Shown here: one piece after another, positions 46,298-56,368 of the stretch
Layout: each line of letters opens with the position of its first letter
How positions within the stretch are numbered: the first letter of the stretch is position 1
Source of the DNA: a virus
Taxonomy: Duplodnaviria; Caudoviricetes
DNA: 64,000 nt
IMG/VR virus record: IMGVR_UViG_3300027718_000006
Span: 71 to 64,070 of that record
Reading direction: 5' to 3' (one strand)
Position numbers and translations under genes: made by a program
Notes under the pieces: model-generated
What the model was told of the DNA's origin: nothing
Database searches by the model: none
Seen by the model: only the letters and a program-made list of their open reading frames with translations

Positions 46298-48070
46298 ATG
46301 AAAATTAATATTGGGACGATGTTTACCAAAGTTGATTTTGAAGGAAATACGCTTCTCAGAGAGAAGATTCAAGATATGGCTCATCATGCATTAGGCGTTA
46401 AAGAAGAAGGTGCTTTTTATTCAAGAGCATATAAATCTGGCTTTTGGGATGGGATTACAGATTTCTATGACATGAAAGAAGACAAGTTCCATACAGGATT
46501 ACTTGATCAGTTTCTAGAAGGACTAAGACAGCTTATGGAAAAGGATAAATCATTTACATACGAACTCGTAGACGAAAGACCTTCCCCACCTGTTCATCAT
46601 GATGCTATTGACGAAAAGATTGTACTAGGTAACGGAGATGAGGAACCTATTACATTACGTGATTATCAATATGAATCTGTCAAAAGTGTATTTGAACAAC
46701 AGGTAGGGATTGTAAACGTAGCAACAAACGGAGGTAAAACAGAAATAGCTTCTGGAGTCATTCAACAAATCCTACCATACATAAAACGTGGAGAGCGTAT
46801 TGCATTCTTTACTCACTCTCGAGAAATTTTTGGACAATCTGCTGAACGTATTGCCAAGCGTGTAGGATTAAAAGTACGTGACGTTGGATTTGTCGGAGAC
46901 GGTAAATTCGATATTAAAAATAAAAAGATTGTATTCGTTATGGTGCCTACACTGGTATCTGCACTGAAAGACCCGAAGAAGGGAATTAAGTTCACACCTA
47001 ACGAAACAGTTATCAAGCTAATTGCTGAAGAGATTACACCGAAGTTTAGAAATACGGTAAATACTCGTAAGCTCATTCAGAATTATTTGAAGAATCGAAC
47101 TTGGAAGACAAAAGCAGAGTTATCCGCTGAAGAGCAATTAATGTATGTGGCTTATGATAAAAAGTTCACTGACAAATCTGCTCAGATGCATTTGAATAAA
47201 TACGTAGTGGAATTTAACAAGATCATGGAGAAGAAGAACAAAAAGAAATTCCAAAAGTACAAAGAGACGAAGGAGTTTATGGACTCTATCAAAGTGATGA
47301 TTGCCGATGAGGTTCACCATTCTAAAGCGGATACATGGTATACGTCTCTATCCATGTGTGAGAATGCTATTTACCGTGTAGGTTTAACAGGTACTGTAGA
47401 CAAAAAGGACAAGATGGGATGGCAACGACTACAAGCTATCTTTAGTCAAGTTACAGTTAAAGTATCGAACGAATATCTGATCGATAAAGGTGTATCGTCT
47501 AAACCGACTATTCGACTGGTACCTGTTCAGGAGCCACGTAATTTAGAATTAGCCAGCAATTTCATGGAAGCGTACAAAGCTGGAATCGTAGAAAACGAGT
47601 ATCGTAACAAGTTGATTACAGATTTAGTAGAGTCATATCGTAAGCGTAGACCGGGTGGAGTACTTGTCAGTGTGAAAGAGATCGCACACGGAGAAGCTAT
47701 CCTAGAGATGATACGAGCTAGAGGCTTAGAGGCGGAATTTATTAATGGTGGCTCCGATGCAGACCACCGTGCTACACAGCTGCATCGATTCTCTACAAGT
47801 GAATTGCCGATCTTAATTGCATCTACAATTGTTGATGAAGGAGTAGACATGAAGTCAATTGGCTGTATGGTATTGGGTGCAGGTGGAAAATCAATGCGTC
47901 AACAGCTACAGCGTATTGGTCGTGGACTCCGACTAAACGGAATCGATGGGAACAGCGTTATGGTATTCGATTTTTGGGACGCTACGAACAAATATCTACT
48001 TAACCACTCAAAGGAACGACTGAAGATTTTCCGCTCCGAAAACTTCGATGTAAAAGTTTTAGGAAAATGA
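46298..48070 (+). CDS. SF2 (DExH) DNA helicase; probable start ATG 46298
   Basis: LRDYQ, ATNGGKT (Walker A), IADEVHH, GLTGT, QQLQRIGRGLR. Confidence 0.92.
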   Translation: MKINIGTMFTKVDFEGNTLLREKIQDMAHHALGVKEEGAFYSRAYKSGFWDGITDFYDMKEDKFHTGLLDQFLEGLRQLMEKDKSFTYELVDERPSPPVHHDAIDEKIVLGNGDEEPITLRDYQYESVKSVFEQQVGIVNVATNGGKTEIASGVIQQILPYIKRGERIAFFTHSREIFGQSAERIAKRVGLKVRDVGFVGDGKFDIKNKKIVFVMVPTLVSALKDPKKGIKFTPNETVIKLIAEEITPKFRNTVNTRKLIQNYLKNRTWKTKAELSAEEQLMYVAYDKKFTDKSAQMHLNKYVVEFNKIMEKKNKKKFQKYKETKEFMDSIKVMIADEVHHSKADTWYTSLSMCENAIYRVGLTGTVDKKDKMGWQRLQAIFSQVTVKVSNEYLIDKGVSSKPTIRLVPVQEPRNLELASNFMEAYKAGIVENEYRNKLITDLVESYRKRRPGGVLVSVKEIAHGEAILEMIRARGLEAEFINGGSDADHRATQLHRFSTSELPILIASTIVDEGVDMKSIGCMVLGAGGKSMRQQLQRIGRGLRLNGIDGNSVMVFDFWDATNKYLLNHSKERLKIFRSENFDVKVLGK

Positions 48071-48091
48071 TGTTAGTGTTCTTGGGCGATC

Positions 48092-48104
48092 TGCTATATT
48101 ATAA
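48092..48104 (+). promoter_or_regulatory. Late-type promoter in front of the HNH gene
   Basis: TGCTATATTATAA. Confidence 0.55.
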
Positions 48105-48135
48105 CTAGACAGGTAAAAAAAAGGAGTGTTATAAA

Positions 48136-48912
48136 ATGGCAGATTTAAAAACTTGTAGCAAATGTGGAGTGTCTAAAGAGGATATCCCCGATATTTTTCG
48201 ACATAAGAAAGGCAGAAAGTCTTCAGAGTCAGCATGTAGAGACTGTGAGAGGGCTTATGCTCGTAAGCAGGGCAAAGCTTATTACAAAAACAATAAGGAG
48301 AAGGTAGACAAGAGAAATAAAGAGTGGAATGAGAAAAACAAAGAGAAAATGAAAGAGTACATGAAGGAGTACCATGCACAACGATATTTGGATAAAAAAG
48401 ATGAGCTTATGGAAAAGCAAAGACAGTACCGAAAGGACAATGAACGATTTAAGCAACATGCTCGAGAATACTACCAAAAGAATAAAGAGTGGATAAATAA
48501 ACGGAACAAAATGTGGAGAGAGGCTAATCGAGATAAAGTAGCTGAAACAGTCCGTAAGTGGTGGAAGAGAAACAAGAATAAGCGCAGAGAGTATAACCAG
48601 ACAAGAAGAGCTAAAGTACGTGAATTAGTAGCTGATTTGACAGTAGAACAGTGGGAGCTCATTCAGGAATACTTTAACCATTGTTGCGCTTACTGCGGAG
48701 AAGAGAAGGCACTTACTCAAGATCATTTTATTCCTGTAAGTTCAGGAGGAGGATATACAGTAACAAATATTGTCCCTGCTTGTCTTTCATGTAATAGCAG
48801 TAAACACGATAATGACTTTTTCGAATGGTACTCTAACCATGAGAACTACACCGAGGAACGAGTCGAAAAGCTGTATCAGTTTTTTGAAGACGTAAAAGTC
48901 CTAGGTAAATAA
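48136..48912 (+). CDS. Free-standing HNH endonuclease
   Basis: N-terminal CxxC...CxxC, basic helical repeats, then CAYCG...TQDHFIPVSSGGGYTVTNIVPACLSCNSSK. Confidence 0.9.
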   Translation: MADLKTCSKCGVSKEDIPDIFRHKKGRKSSESACRDCERAYARKQGKAYYKNNKEKVDKRNKEWNEKNKEKMKEYMKEYHAQRYLDKKDELMEKQRQYRKDNERFKQHAREYYQKNKEWINKRNKMWREANRDKVAETVRKWWKRNKNKRREYNQTRRAKVRELVADLTVEQWELIQEYFNHCCAYCGEEKALTQDHFIPVSSGGGYTVTNIVPACLSCNSSKHDNDFFEWYSNHENYTEERVEKLYQFFEDVKVLGK

Positions 48913-48978
48913 CTATTGTATATTTTACAGTTTGTGTTATAATGTAATCAAACCTATATCAAGAGGAGGAACAGATGT

Positions 48979-50667
48979 ATGGAATACGGTGTGTATTTAG
49001 AAACATCTGTTGTCAGTTTAAAGCCTAATGTTTTAACTTTCTTAACCAAAATGGTTGAAAAGGCAAAAGAGGTAAAAGACTTCGCTATCGCTTTCAAAAA
49101 GAAAGAGCTAGCAGAACTGGGCGGAAAAGACAGCAGAACAATTTCACGTTACTTAAATGAATTAGAAGAAAAGAATATTATCCAAACGAAAGGCGTTCGT
49201 GGTCGTTCAGGGGGAACCGTTATTATGTTCAATACAGACTTAATTCGATTCGACACCTCGGACAAAGCACTAATCAACTCCGATGAACCGATCAGCATTG
49301 ATGACGTAGTAGAGAAGAAGATTCCTAAGAAGAAAAAGGAGCAAAAGAAACCTACTCGTAATCGTAGAACTAAGTTACAGATGCTTGAAGAAAAGCTGAT
49401 CAAGGGAGAGCAGCAGTCGAAGAATGACCAAATGAACCAAGAGCTTAAGGAGCTAGGCGGAGTGCCTAACTGGGCTTGGTTCCAAAAAACAGAAGACCCG
49501 GTAGGAAACTATCGTACATATTTACTATCTCGTCTGTATAATAGATACGCAGTTTTATTTACAGACCGACATAATGCAGAAGCACAGTACTTCGGAGAAG
49601 GCTCGAAAGTTAAGCCTGTAACGAATGATTACGATACATTGCCGGAGGATTTCTTTGGCTCTTCTAAATGGGCTCACTTTGAGAAGTTTCGTAACTTCTG
49701 TGAAGAGAATGAGATTGACCCAGCTGTATATCTATCTTCGCAATTCTCACGTTCTGTATTTACAGCAGCAGGTAAGAGTGATAAGAAAAAGCTTCCATTT
49801 GTAAATGCCCTAATTAGTGACTCAGCTTATGAAGTGTACAAACAGTATTGCGCTTATCAAGTAAAGGCAAGTGTAACATACAAATCATACCAACAAATCC
49901 CTAAACAGTTTGCAGATGATTTCGTAGTACGTGCAATCGAAGATGCTTATGAAACAGCTAATGCAGGAGTAGGGTTATTACAGTACCGACATGCAATTGA
50001 AGATTTCTTAAGTGGATTTGGTGCTACAGAAAAAGAAGAGCACCTATTAAATTTCTACCGTCACACAGAAGATAAGCTGATTCAAAAAGGCGTATCGTTA
50101 AAGACGAGAGATACAATTAAGAAATTCGTATTGTTGCAGTCAATGATTTTAACAGGTGGAGTAACATCTTTACCGGGCTACTTCATTTTAGGTTCGGAGC
50201 ATACACAAGTCGTATTAGCTTCTATTGCTAAGCTAGGTAACTCAGTTCAGGATGTAAATGCCTTACAGAAGATAGCACTAGGAATGTTTGTATCTCCTAC
50301 TGCAAATAGAGAGGCACAAATTAAAGAAGGTGCAAAGTATATGTACCAACTAGACGTGCTTGACGAAACAAGACAAGTATTAAATCTGATTATGGAACGT
50401 AAAGGTTTACATTTGTCGCTAGCTGATTTGAATGAAGCTTTCCGTGAGTACGGCAAAGAGAATGTTCCAGTGGACGATTATTCGATTATGGATATTGATA
50501 AAATTATAGACTTTATGAAACAGCAACATGCAATTACTAAGCAAGAGGAAATCGATCATCAAGCAATTACAACAACAAAAGTAAAAGAATATGCGCTTAC
50601 TGGAGAGGTTTTCAATGAAGACTCTCTGGAAGATGCGCTTAGTGAATTTTTAGAGTCTGATCATTAA
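48979..50667 (+). CDS. Conserved HTH DNA-binding protein (putative replication/transcription factor)
   Basis: KKELAELGGKDSRTISRYLNELEEKNII.TKG.RGR.GGT winged HTH; lies between the two helicases. TGTTATAAT at 48935. Confidence 0.7.
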   Translation: MEYGVYLETSVVSLKPNVLTFLTKMVEKAKEVKDFAIAFKKKELAELGGKDSRTISRYLNELEEKNIIQTKGVRGRSGGTVIMFNTDLIRFDTSDKALINSDEPISIDDVVEKKIPKKKKEQKKPTRNRRTKLQMLEEKLIKGEQQSKNDQMNQELKELGGVPNWAWFQKTEDPVGNYRTYLLSRLYNRYAVLFTDRHNAEAQYFGEGSKVKPVTNDYDTLPEDFFGSSKWAHFEKFRNFCEENEIDPAVYLSSQFSRSVFTAAGKSDKKKLPFVNALISDSAYEVYKQYCAYQVKASVTYKSYQQIPKQFADDFVVRAIEDAYETANAGVGLLQYRHAIEDFLSGFGATEKEEHLLNFYRHTEDKLIQKGVSLKTRDTIKKFVLLQSMILTGGVTSLPGYFILGSEHTQVVLASIAKLGNSVQDVNALQKIALGMFVSPTANREAQIKEGAKYMYQLDVLDETRQVLNLIMERKGLHLSLADLNEAFREYGKENVPVDDYSIMDIDKIIDFMKQQHAITKQEEIDHQAITTTKVKEYALTGEVFNEDSLEDALSEFLESDH

Positions 50668-50681
50668 TATGATACAGACTC

Positions 50682-50710
50682 TTTACAAGCTAAGTTAGAC
50701 ATGTTATAAT
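50682..50710 (+). promoter_or_regulatory. Sigma-A-like promoter of the DnaB-like helicase gene
   Basis: TTTACA-17 nt-TATAAT with a TG extension. Confidence 0.65.
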
Positions 50711-50743
50711 TGCCAAAGAAAAGGATACAGGGGAGGAAAAGAA

Positions 50744-52213
50744 ATGAGTGTAAGTCCTATTCAACAACAGATTTTAAGAAAGTCAATTGAATCACCTATA
50801 TTTTCAAAAGAGGTTCTACCAAAAGTGCCTCTGTCAGTATTTGATGGAAACGATATCTACAAAGATGTAGCTAACCTCGTTAAGCGATATTATCAGTCTA
50901 ATAGAAATACACTGACTGAAGATACCTTGCTTACTCTTGCTGAGGAAAAGCTAGATCGAATGAATAAAGACCCAGAAACGCAGCAGAGATACTTTAACGC
51001 AATCAATGAAGTATATGAAATCCGTAACAGCGCTAATGACGAGGTTATTGACGAGAAGATTGAGAAGTACATAAAGAAACATATGCGTATGGAACTACTT
51101 AGAAAAGCTGCTGTAAACTTAGATAATGAACAGATGATGGATAAGATGGACGATGACTGGCGTGAGATAATGATGTTAGACATTAGTGGAAGACATCAAG
51201 AGATTATCAACGTGCTAGATGATACAGAGTACAAGCGTCAAGCACTATCTACAATCTTTGCTAATACAATCCCTACAGGCTTTAAATCTATTGACCTTTT
51301 AAATGGTGGTGGACTTGCTAAAGGGGAGCTTGGAATTGTCGTAGCCGCTTCTGGTACTGGTAAAACATTAGTATTAACCAACTTGGCTACAAACTATACG
51401 AAGAATAAATACAACGTGTTATTTATCGCCCTAGAGGAACTAGAGAATCGAATGATCTTGAAGTTTGAACAATCGATGCTACGCCGTAATAAGAGTGAAA
51501 TCCTAACAGGTACGGCTTTAAATGAGACAAACTTTAACACGTACCAAAACTTTTATAAGCAGAACCGAAATAAATTCGGTAACTTATACTTTGCTCGTTA
51601 CTCTCCACGAACTGTAACTCCATCTAAGATCGAGCAACTGATTTCAGATGTTAAAATCAGACAAGGTATCACAATTGACGTAGTTATTATTGACTACCCT
51701 GAACTACTTCGTAACCCTCATGCAACAGGTAACGAGGCGGACGATGGCGGTAAACTATTCGAAGAAATGCGAAGAATCGGTCAAGACTATAATGTTGTTA
51801 TGTGGACAGCCGCTCAGATGAACCGTACAGCGTATAGCGCACAGATTAGAACATCTGAACATATGGAAGGGTCTCACCGTAAGAAGAATGCTGCTGAGCT
51901 TGTACTTACAGTCAACCAAACACCTGAAGAGTTTAATGCTGGGTATGTTCGTCTATTTGCAGATAAGCTTCGTAACCCACCTGAAGGTAGCTTTGATAGA
52001 ATGATTGGTTTAAAGGTAGTAGGTAGCGCACAAACGGTTAGAGACTATCGTACTGAAGAAGAAAGACGTGAGCATGCGGCTATTGTAGAAGCAGCGGACA
52101 GTGCTAGTGAACAAGTCTTTAAGGGAAAGCGTAGAGAGAAGAACGGTGCCCCTGCTCCAGATTATGTGAATGAGATTAATTCATCTATCCAAAGACAGAG
52201 AGGAGAAGGATAA
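50744..52213 (+). CDS. Replicative SF4 (DnaB-like) DNA helicase
   Basis: IPTGF..ID.L.GGGL.KGELGIVVAASGTGKT, VVIIDY, WTAAQMNR. Confidence 0.9.
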   Translation: MSVSPIQQQILRKSIESPIFSKEVLPKVPLSVFDGNDIYKDVANLVKRYYQSNRNTLTEDTLLTLAEEKLDRMNKDPETQQRYFNAINEVYEIRNSANDEVIDEKIEKYIKKHMRMELLRKAAVNLDNEQMMDKMDDDWREIMMLDISGRHQEIINVLDDTEYKRQALSTIFANTIPTGFKSIDLLNGGGLAKGELGIVVAASGTGKTLVLTNLATNYTKNKYNVLFIALEELENRMILKFEQSMLRRNKSEILTGTALNETNFNTYQNFYKQNRNKFGNLYFARYSPRTVTPSKIEQLISDVKIRQGITIDVVIIDYPELLRNPHATGNEADDGGKLFEEMRRIGQDYNVVMWTAAQMNRTAYSAQIRTSEHMEGSHRKKNAAELVLTVNQTPEEFNAGYVRLFADKLRNPPEGSFDRMIGLKVVGSAQTVRDYRTEEERREHAAIVEAADSASEQVFKGKRREKNGAPAPDYVNEINSSIQRQRGEG

Positions 52214-52488
52214 TGAGGATACCTGAGAAAAATGCACTTGTTAATAAAGCAGAAAAGTTTGTTAATGAGTTAGCTGAAATCATCTATGAGGTTACGGGTA
52301 ATCGATTAGAAAAAGTCAAGGTAACTAAAGAGGAGTTTGCAGCAATAGAGGACTATTCAAGACAAATGTATTATGCCCGAGGAGTAGACCATGATGCACT
52401 TATGGAACACCTTGGGAATGGATACAGAATGAAATATGAAATCGTAACAGCTTACGGGTGTGTAAGAATAGAAGCGGAGGAAAACTAA
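52213..52488 (+). CDS. Hypothetical protein
   Basis: SD aggagaagg; coupled to the previous stop codon. Confidence 0.65.
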   Translation: MRIPEKNALVNKAEKFVNELAEIIYEVTGNRLEKVKVTKEEFAAIEDYSRQMYYARGVDHDALMEHLGNGYRMKYEIVTAYGCVRIEAEEN

Positions 52489-52710
52489 ATGGCACATAAT
52501 AAAATGTATCGTGAGATTAAAGGTTACGAAGACGCATTGTATTTAGCTTCTGATATTGTAGATGAATTAGACGAGCTAAAAGATGGACTTAGATATGGTG
52601 TCGCTTCTTCTGCCGCACTAGATAAGATTGTAGATATTCATAGAATGCTTAATGATCTTGAAAAGCATGTACAGTCATCTAAGTGGGAAGGAGAGAAAGC
52701 CAATGAGTAA
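52489..52710 (+). CDS. Hypothetical protein
   Basis: SD ggagg; contiguous in the operon. Confidence 0.65.
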   Translation: MAHNKMYREIKGYEDALYLASDIVDELDELKDGLRYGVASSAALDKIVDIHRMLNDLEKHVQSSKWEGEKANE

Positions 52711-53752
52711 GCTTGTAGTATTTAGTGACTTCCATGCTCATATTTTTGAAGATTTTGCTAAGCCGGACCCGGAATATGTGAATGATCGTTTCCGGGCTCA
52801 GATCGCAACCCTCTATCAAGTGTTCGATATTGCTCGACAACATAAAGCTAGAATACTATTTACAGGGGACCTATTTCATAAACGAGCTAAACTAGATGAT
52901 ATCGTGTTTAATATGGTATATGATGTTTTTGCAGATAACAGTGACGTACGTGTATATATGGTTAGAGGTAACCATGATGCTCGAACAAATGCTACAGTTA
53001 CAGAACATTGGTTAAAGCCATTCAGACATCTAAATCATGTAACAGTTATTGATACACCTGAAGAGGTGTACGTACCAGATGACGATTACTTCATTTATGG
53101 TATTCCTTATTCAGATGATACAGAGTACCTTAAGGAGAAGATTTTGGAGTTTAAAAAGCATGCAGAGGCTAGAGATGTCCCTACTGTGCTAGCTGCTCAT
53201 ATCGGAGTAGACGGAAGTGAGACAGGTCGTTACAGCCATAGATTAGAAGGAGCATTCAAAGTAGGTGATCTGTTCCCGGATACATTTACTTACGTAGCTC
53301 TAGGGCATTACCATAAACGACAATTCCTAGCTGGCTTAGACAATGTATTTTATACAGGGAATACAATCCAAACTAGCTTCTCCGATGAAGGACAGGACAA
53401 AGGTGTTATGCTTATCGACTTTGAGAAAGGTGGAGCACCAGAGTTTATTCCGATTCTAAATAAGAAGTTCATTACGCTTACTGAGGTAAATAAAGATACA
53501 CAGCAGCTAGTAGACAATAACTATGTACGATTTGTTGTATCAAAAGAAGTAGCGCAAGAGATAGAGGTGTTTAAAGAGGAGTCAGACAACATTCGAGTTG
53601 AGGTACAGAAATCATATGCAACAGAAACTCGTATTGCAATTGATATAGATTCCTCGGAGAAACAGATCGTAGAGGCATATGCAAAAGAGTACTACCCTGA
53701 CTCTACTTCTGTAGCACTTGATATTTTACAGGAAGCTATGACAGCTGGTTAA
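52703..53752 (+). CDS. SbcD/Mre11-like metallophosphoesterase recombination nuclease; probable start ATG 52703
   Basis: FSDFHAH, FTGDLFH, RGNHD, AAH, ALGHYH motifs. Confidence 0.92.
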   Translation: MSKLVVFSDFHAHIFEDFAKPDPEYVNDRFRAQIATLYQVFDIARQHKARILFTGDLFHKRAKLDDIVFNMVYDVFADNSDVRVYMVRGNHDARTNATVTEHWLKPFRHLNHVTVIDTPEEVYVPDDDYFIYGIPYSDDTEYLKEKILEFKKHAEARDVPTVLAAHIGVDGSETGRYSHRLEGAFKVGDLFPDTFTYVALGHYHKRQFLAGLDNVFYTGNTIQTSFSDEGQDKGVMLIDFEKGGAPEFIPILNKKFITLTEVNKDTQQLVDNNYVRFVVSKEVAQEIEVFKEESDNIRVEVQKSYATETRIAIDIDSSEKQIVEAYAKEYYPDSTSVALDILQEAMTAG

Positions 53753-53758
53753 ACCCCT

Positions 53759-53786
53759 AGGGTTGTTTAAAAGAACAGCCCTTTTT
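53759..53786 (+). terminator. Intrinsic terminator
   Basis: agggttgttt-aaaa-gaacagccct followed by T residues. Confidence 0.7.
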
Positions 53787-53789
53787 GTA

Positions 53790-53818
53790 TTGACATATAA
53801 TAGAGGGTCTGTTATACT
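53790..53818 (+). promoter_or_regulatory. Host sigma-A promoter
   Basis: TTGACA-17 nt-TATACT with TG extension. Confidence 0.85.
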
Positions 53819-53862
53819 ATGGTTACAGACAAGAAATTATACCAAGGAGGTTAAGGGACTAG

Positions 53863-55779
53863 ATGAAATTTAACGGTTTAGAGTGGACTAGATTAACAGT
53901 TACAAACTTCCTCTCCTATCAATCATTTACTTTAGATTTAGAAAATAGAGGGATTTTGTTAGTAGAAGGAGATAATCTTACAAGCAGTAAATTTAAGAGT
54001 AATGGCTCTGGTAAGAGCTCCTTATTGGAACCGCTTGTATACGCAATTTATGATACTACATCAAAAGGTATTAAAGCAGATAAAGTGGTTAATAGACAAG
54101 CAGGGAAAAATACATCGGTTATCTTAGAAGGACGTAAAGGTGAAGACCATTATCGAATTGAACGATATCGTAAGCATACCAAAAATAAAAATAAGGTCAA
54201 GCTCTTTATAAACAATAAAGAAGTTACAGCCAAATCAGCAGCAGATACAAACAAGATGATTGAGTCTCTTGTAGGGATTGACTATAACACCTTTGTTAAC
54301 AGTATTATGTTTTCACAAGGAAGTGGAGCCGGGCGCTTTGCAATTGCTACAGACAAGGAAAAGAAAGAGATTTTAGAAAATCTCGTAAACTTGCAAGTAT
54401 ACGCAAACGCACAGGAGATTGCCAAAAACCGAGTGAAAGCTAAGGAGACAGAGATTGCAATTAAAGAGCGTGAAGCTGAACGATTTGATTGGGAGCTATC
54501 ACAAGTAGACACGTTAGAGAAGCAAGATAAAGAGCACTATGAAAACACAAAACGTATGATTGAGCAAGAGGAAAATAATCTTGCTAATGTCCGAGAAGAA
54601 ATGGACAACTACATACAAAGTAACTCTGGAGCTCTTATGCAACTGATTGACGACATTGAAAAGCTTAAGGAACAGAGAGAAGCATTCACTACTTCAGCTC
54701 CTAATCCTTATGCTGATGCAGTTAATACGTTAACAAAGGTTGTCAACGAGCTTAGAGCAAAGAAGCAACAGCTTGAATATCAAAAAGGGGAGCTAGTTAA
54801 GAAGTTCCAGCAGCTGAAGACAAATACAAATTGTCCAATCTGCGGTAGTGAACTTGATACAACTCACCGTGATGCAGAAATGAATAGTATCAGGGAACAA
54901 CTTAAGCCAATCCTAGTCGAGCTTACTCAAACTATTCCCGGAGAGCTAGCTCACCATGAAGAGGCGTACCAAGAAGCTTATAACCGCTATTCAGAGCAAA
55001 AGGCAAAACAAGATAACATTGTAGCAGAGTATAGAGCTATTACTTCTCAGATTGAAACAAAAGAACAGCAACACCGAAGCTACAGCAGAAACCTAGATTC
55101 ATATAAAAGTAAACTAGCTTCTATTCAGAGTACGATTAATAAGCTTCAATCAGTCCCTGAGCCAGCTCCAAGGGATAATGAAAGGAAAGCTATACAAGAT
55201 AAAATAAAAGCCCACAAAGAGGCGCTACTGGCTTTAAAACAAGAGAAGCTACAGCTAGAGAATGCAGTGAAGATATTCTCTAACTCAGGAGTTAAATCAC
55301 ACGTTCTAGACTTGGTAACTCCTTTCCTAAATGAAAGAGCTAACAAGTACCTAGCCATCTTATCAGGTCCAGATATGGAAGTTAAATTCTCTACTCAGAC
55401 ACCTAAGAAAGATGGAGAAATGACAGAAAAGTTTGACGTTCAATTAACGAATGCAGTAGGGGGAGACGATTATCAGTCTAACTCAGAAGGTGAAAAGAAA
55501 CGTGCTGACCTTTCAATTGCATTAGCTTTACAAGATTTAGTAATGAGAAACGCCGACAGCAAAGTAAACTTTGCAGTGTATGACGAAGTGTTTGACGCTT
55601 TGGACAGTGTAGGTGCGGAGAACGTAGTCACATTACTAAAAGAGAGACAAAAAGAGATCGGAACTATTTTTATAGTAACTCATTCGGAGCATTTAAAACC
55701 ACTATTTGAACAAGTAATAACCGTAACAAAAAATAAGGATGGAATATCCATACTAGAAGAAGGAGAAAAAATGACATGA
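53863..55779 (+). CDS. SbcC/Rad50-like ATPase (recombination nuclease subunit)
   Basis: NGSGKSS Walker A, coiled coil with CPICG zinc hook, SEGEK signature variant, VYDEVFDALD Walker B. Confidence 0.92.
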   Translation: MKFNGLEWTRLTVTNFLSYQSFTLDLENRGILLVEGDNLTSSKFKSNGSGKSSLLEPLVYAIYDTTSKGIKADKVVNRQAGKNTSVILEGRKGEDHYRIERYRKHTKNKNKVKLFINNKEVTAKSAADTNKMIESLVGIDYNTFVNSIMFSQGSGAGRFAIATDKEKKEILENLVNLQVYANAQEIAKNRVKAKETEIAIKEREAERFDWELSQVDTLEKQDKEHYENTKRMIEQEENNLANVREEMDNYIQSNSGALMQLIDDIEKLKEQREAFTTSAPNPYADAVNTLTKVVNELRAKKQQLEYQKGELVKKFQQLKTNTNCPICGSELDTTHRDAEMNSIREQLKPILVELTQTIPGELAHHEEAYQEAYNRYSEQKAKQDNIVAEYRAITSQIETKEQQHRSYSRNLDSYKSKLASIQSTINKLQSVPEPAPRDNERKAIQDKIKAHKEALLALKQEKLQLENAVKIFSNSGVKSHVLDLVTPFLNERANKYLAILSGPDMEVKFSTQTPKKDGEMTEKFDVQLTNAVGGDDYQSNSEGEKKRADLSIALALQDLVMRNADSKVNFAVYDEVFDALDSVGAENVVTLLKERQKEIGTIFIVTHSEHLKPLFEQVITVTKNKDGISILEEGEKMT

Positions 55780-56363
55780 AAACAATTATCGAAGAAGGAG
55801 CACACGTCACACTAAAAGTAAATACAACAGGAGGAACAATCAAGGAGATTAATCTTCCGGCTGAAAATATCCATTTCTGGTATCCGTTCAATGTAAACTT
55901 TACATACCGTTATACAGATGCTAAAGGATACCTATATCTTGTAAAGGAAAGAGATTACACTGGTCCAAATGTGTACAAGGTTGACATTCTTAAGCGTACT
56001 AAGCAGCTTGAAGAAATGGACGGTACTTTCTTGCATCCGGCAGTACTTGAAAGAAATAGTTACATTCTTGGTAAAGCTAACATGTTAGGGTTACCTACCT
56101 TAATGGAAGCAGACTACTCATTAGAAAGAGTAGAGAAAGGCTTTAAGCAATTAGATCAGTTAATCAGTATCGTAAAGACTGTAGTACAAAATAGATTCAT
56201 TGAAAGCCAACCTGAAACTATCTTTCCCCCTGCAATCCCTACTGAAGAGTGGGACCGAGCAGTATACGCAGGAGCAAACGATAAGGAGCTAGAAGCTCTT
56301 CAAGAGTTCGGTGAAATGTACACTATGCTAACGCTTATGAGAAAAATTGCTGAAGGGAGATAA
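55776..56363 (+). CDS. Conserved hypothetical protein between the nuclease and primase genes
   Basis: ATGA-coupled; this slot is conserved in the phage group; function not verifiable from sequence. Confidence 0.65.
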   Translation: MKTIIEEGAHVTLKVNTTGGTIKEINLPAENIHFWYPFNVNFTYRYTDAKGYLYLVKERDYTGPNVYKVDILKRTKQLEEMDGTFLHPAVLERNSYILGKANMLGLPTLMEADYSLERVEKGFKQLDQLISIVKTVVQNRFIESQPETIFPPAIPTEEWDRAVYAGANDKELEALQEFGEMYTMLTLMRKIAEGR

Positions 56364-56368
56364 CTTAA

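Noticed and set aside
55776-56363. Calling this gene an anti-sigma factor
   Set aside because: That label is sometimes attached to this slot in related phages, but no supporting motif is visible in the sequence.
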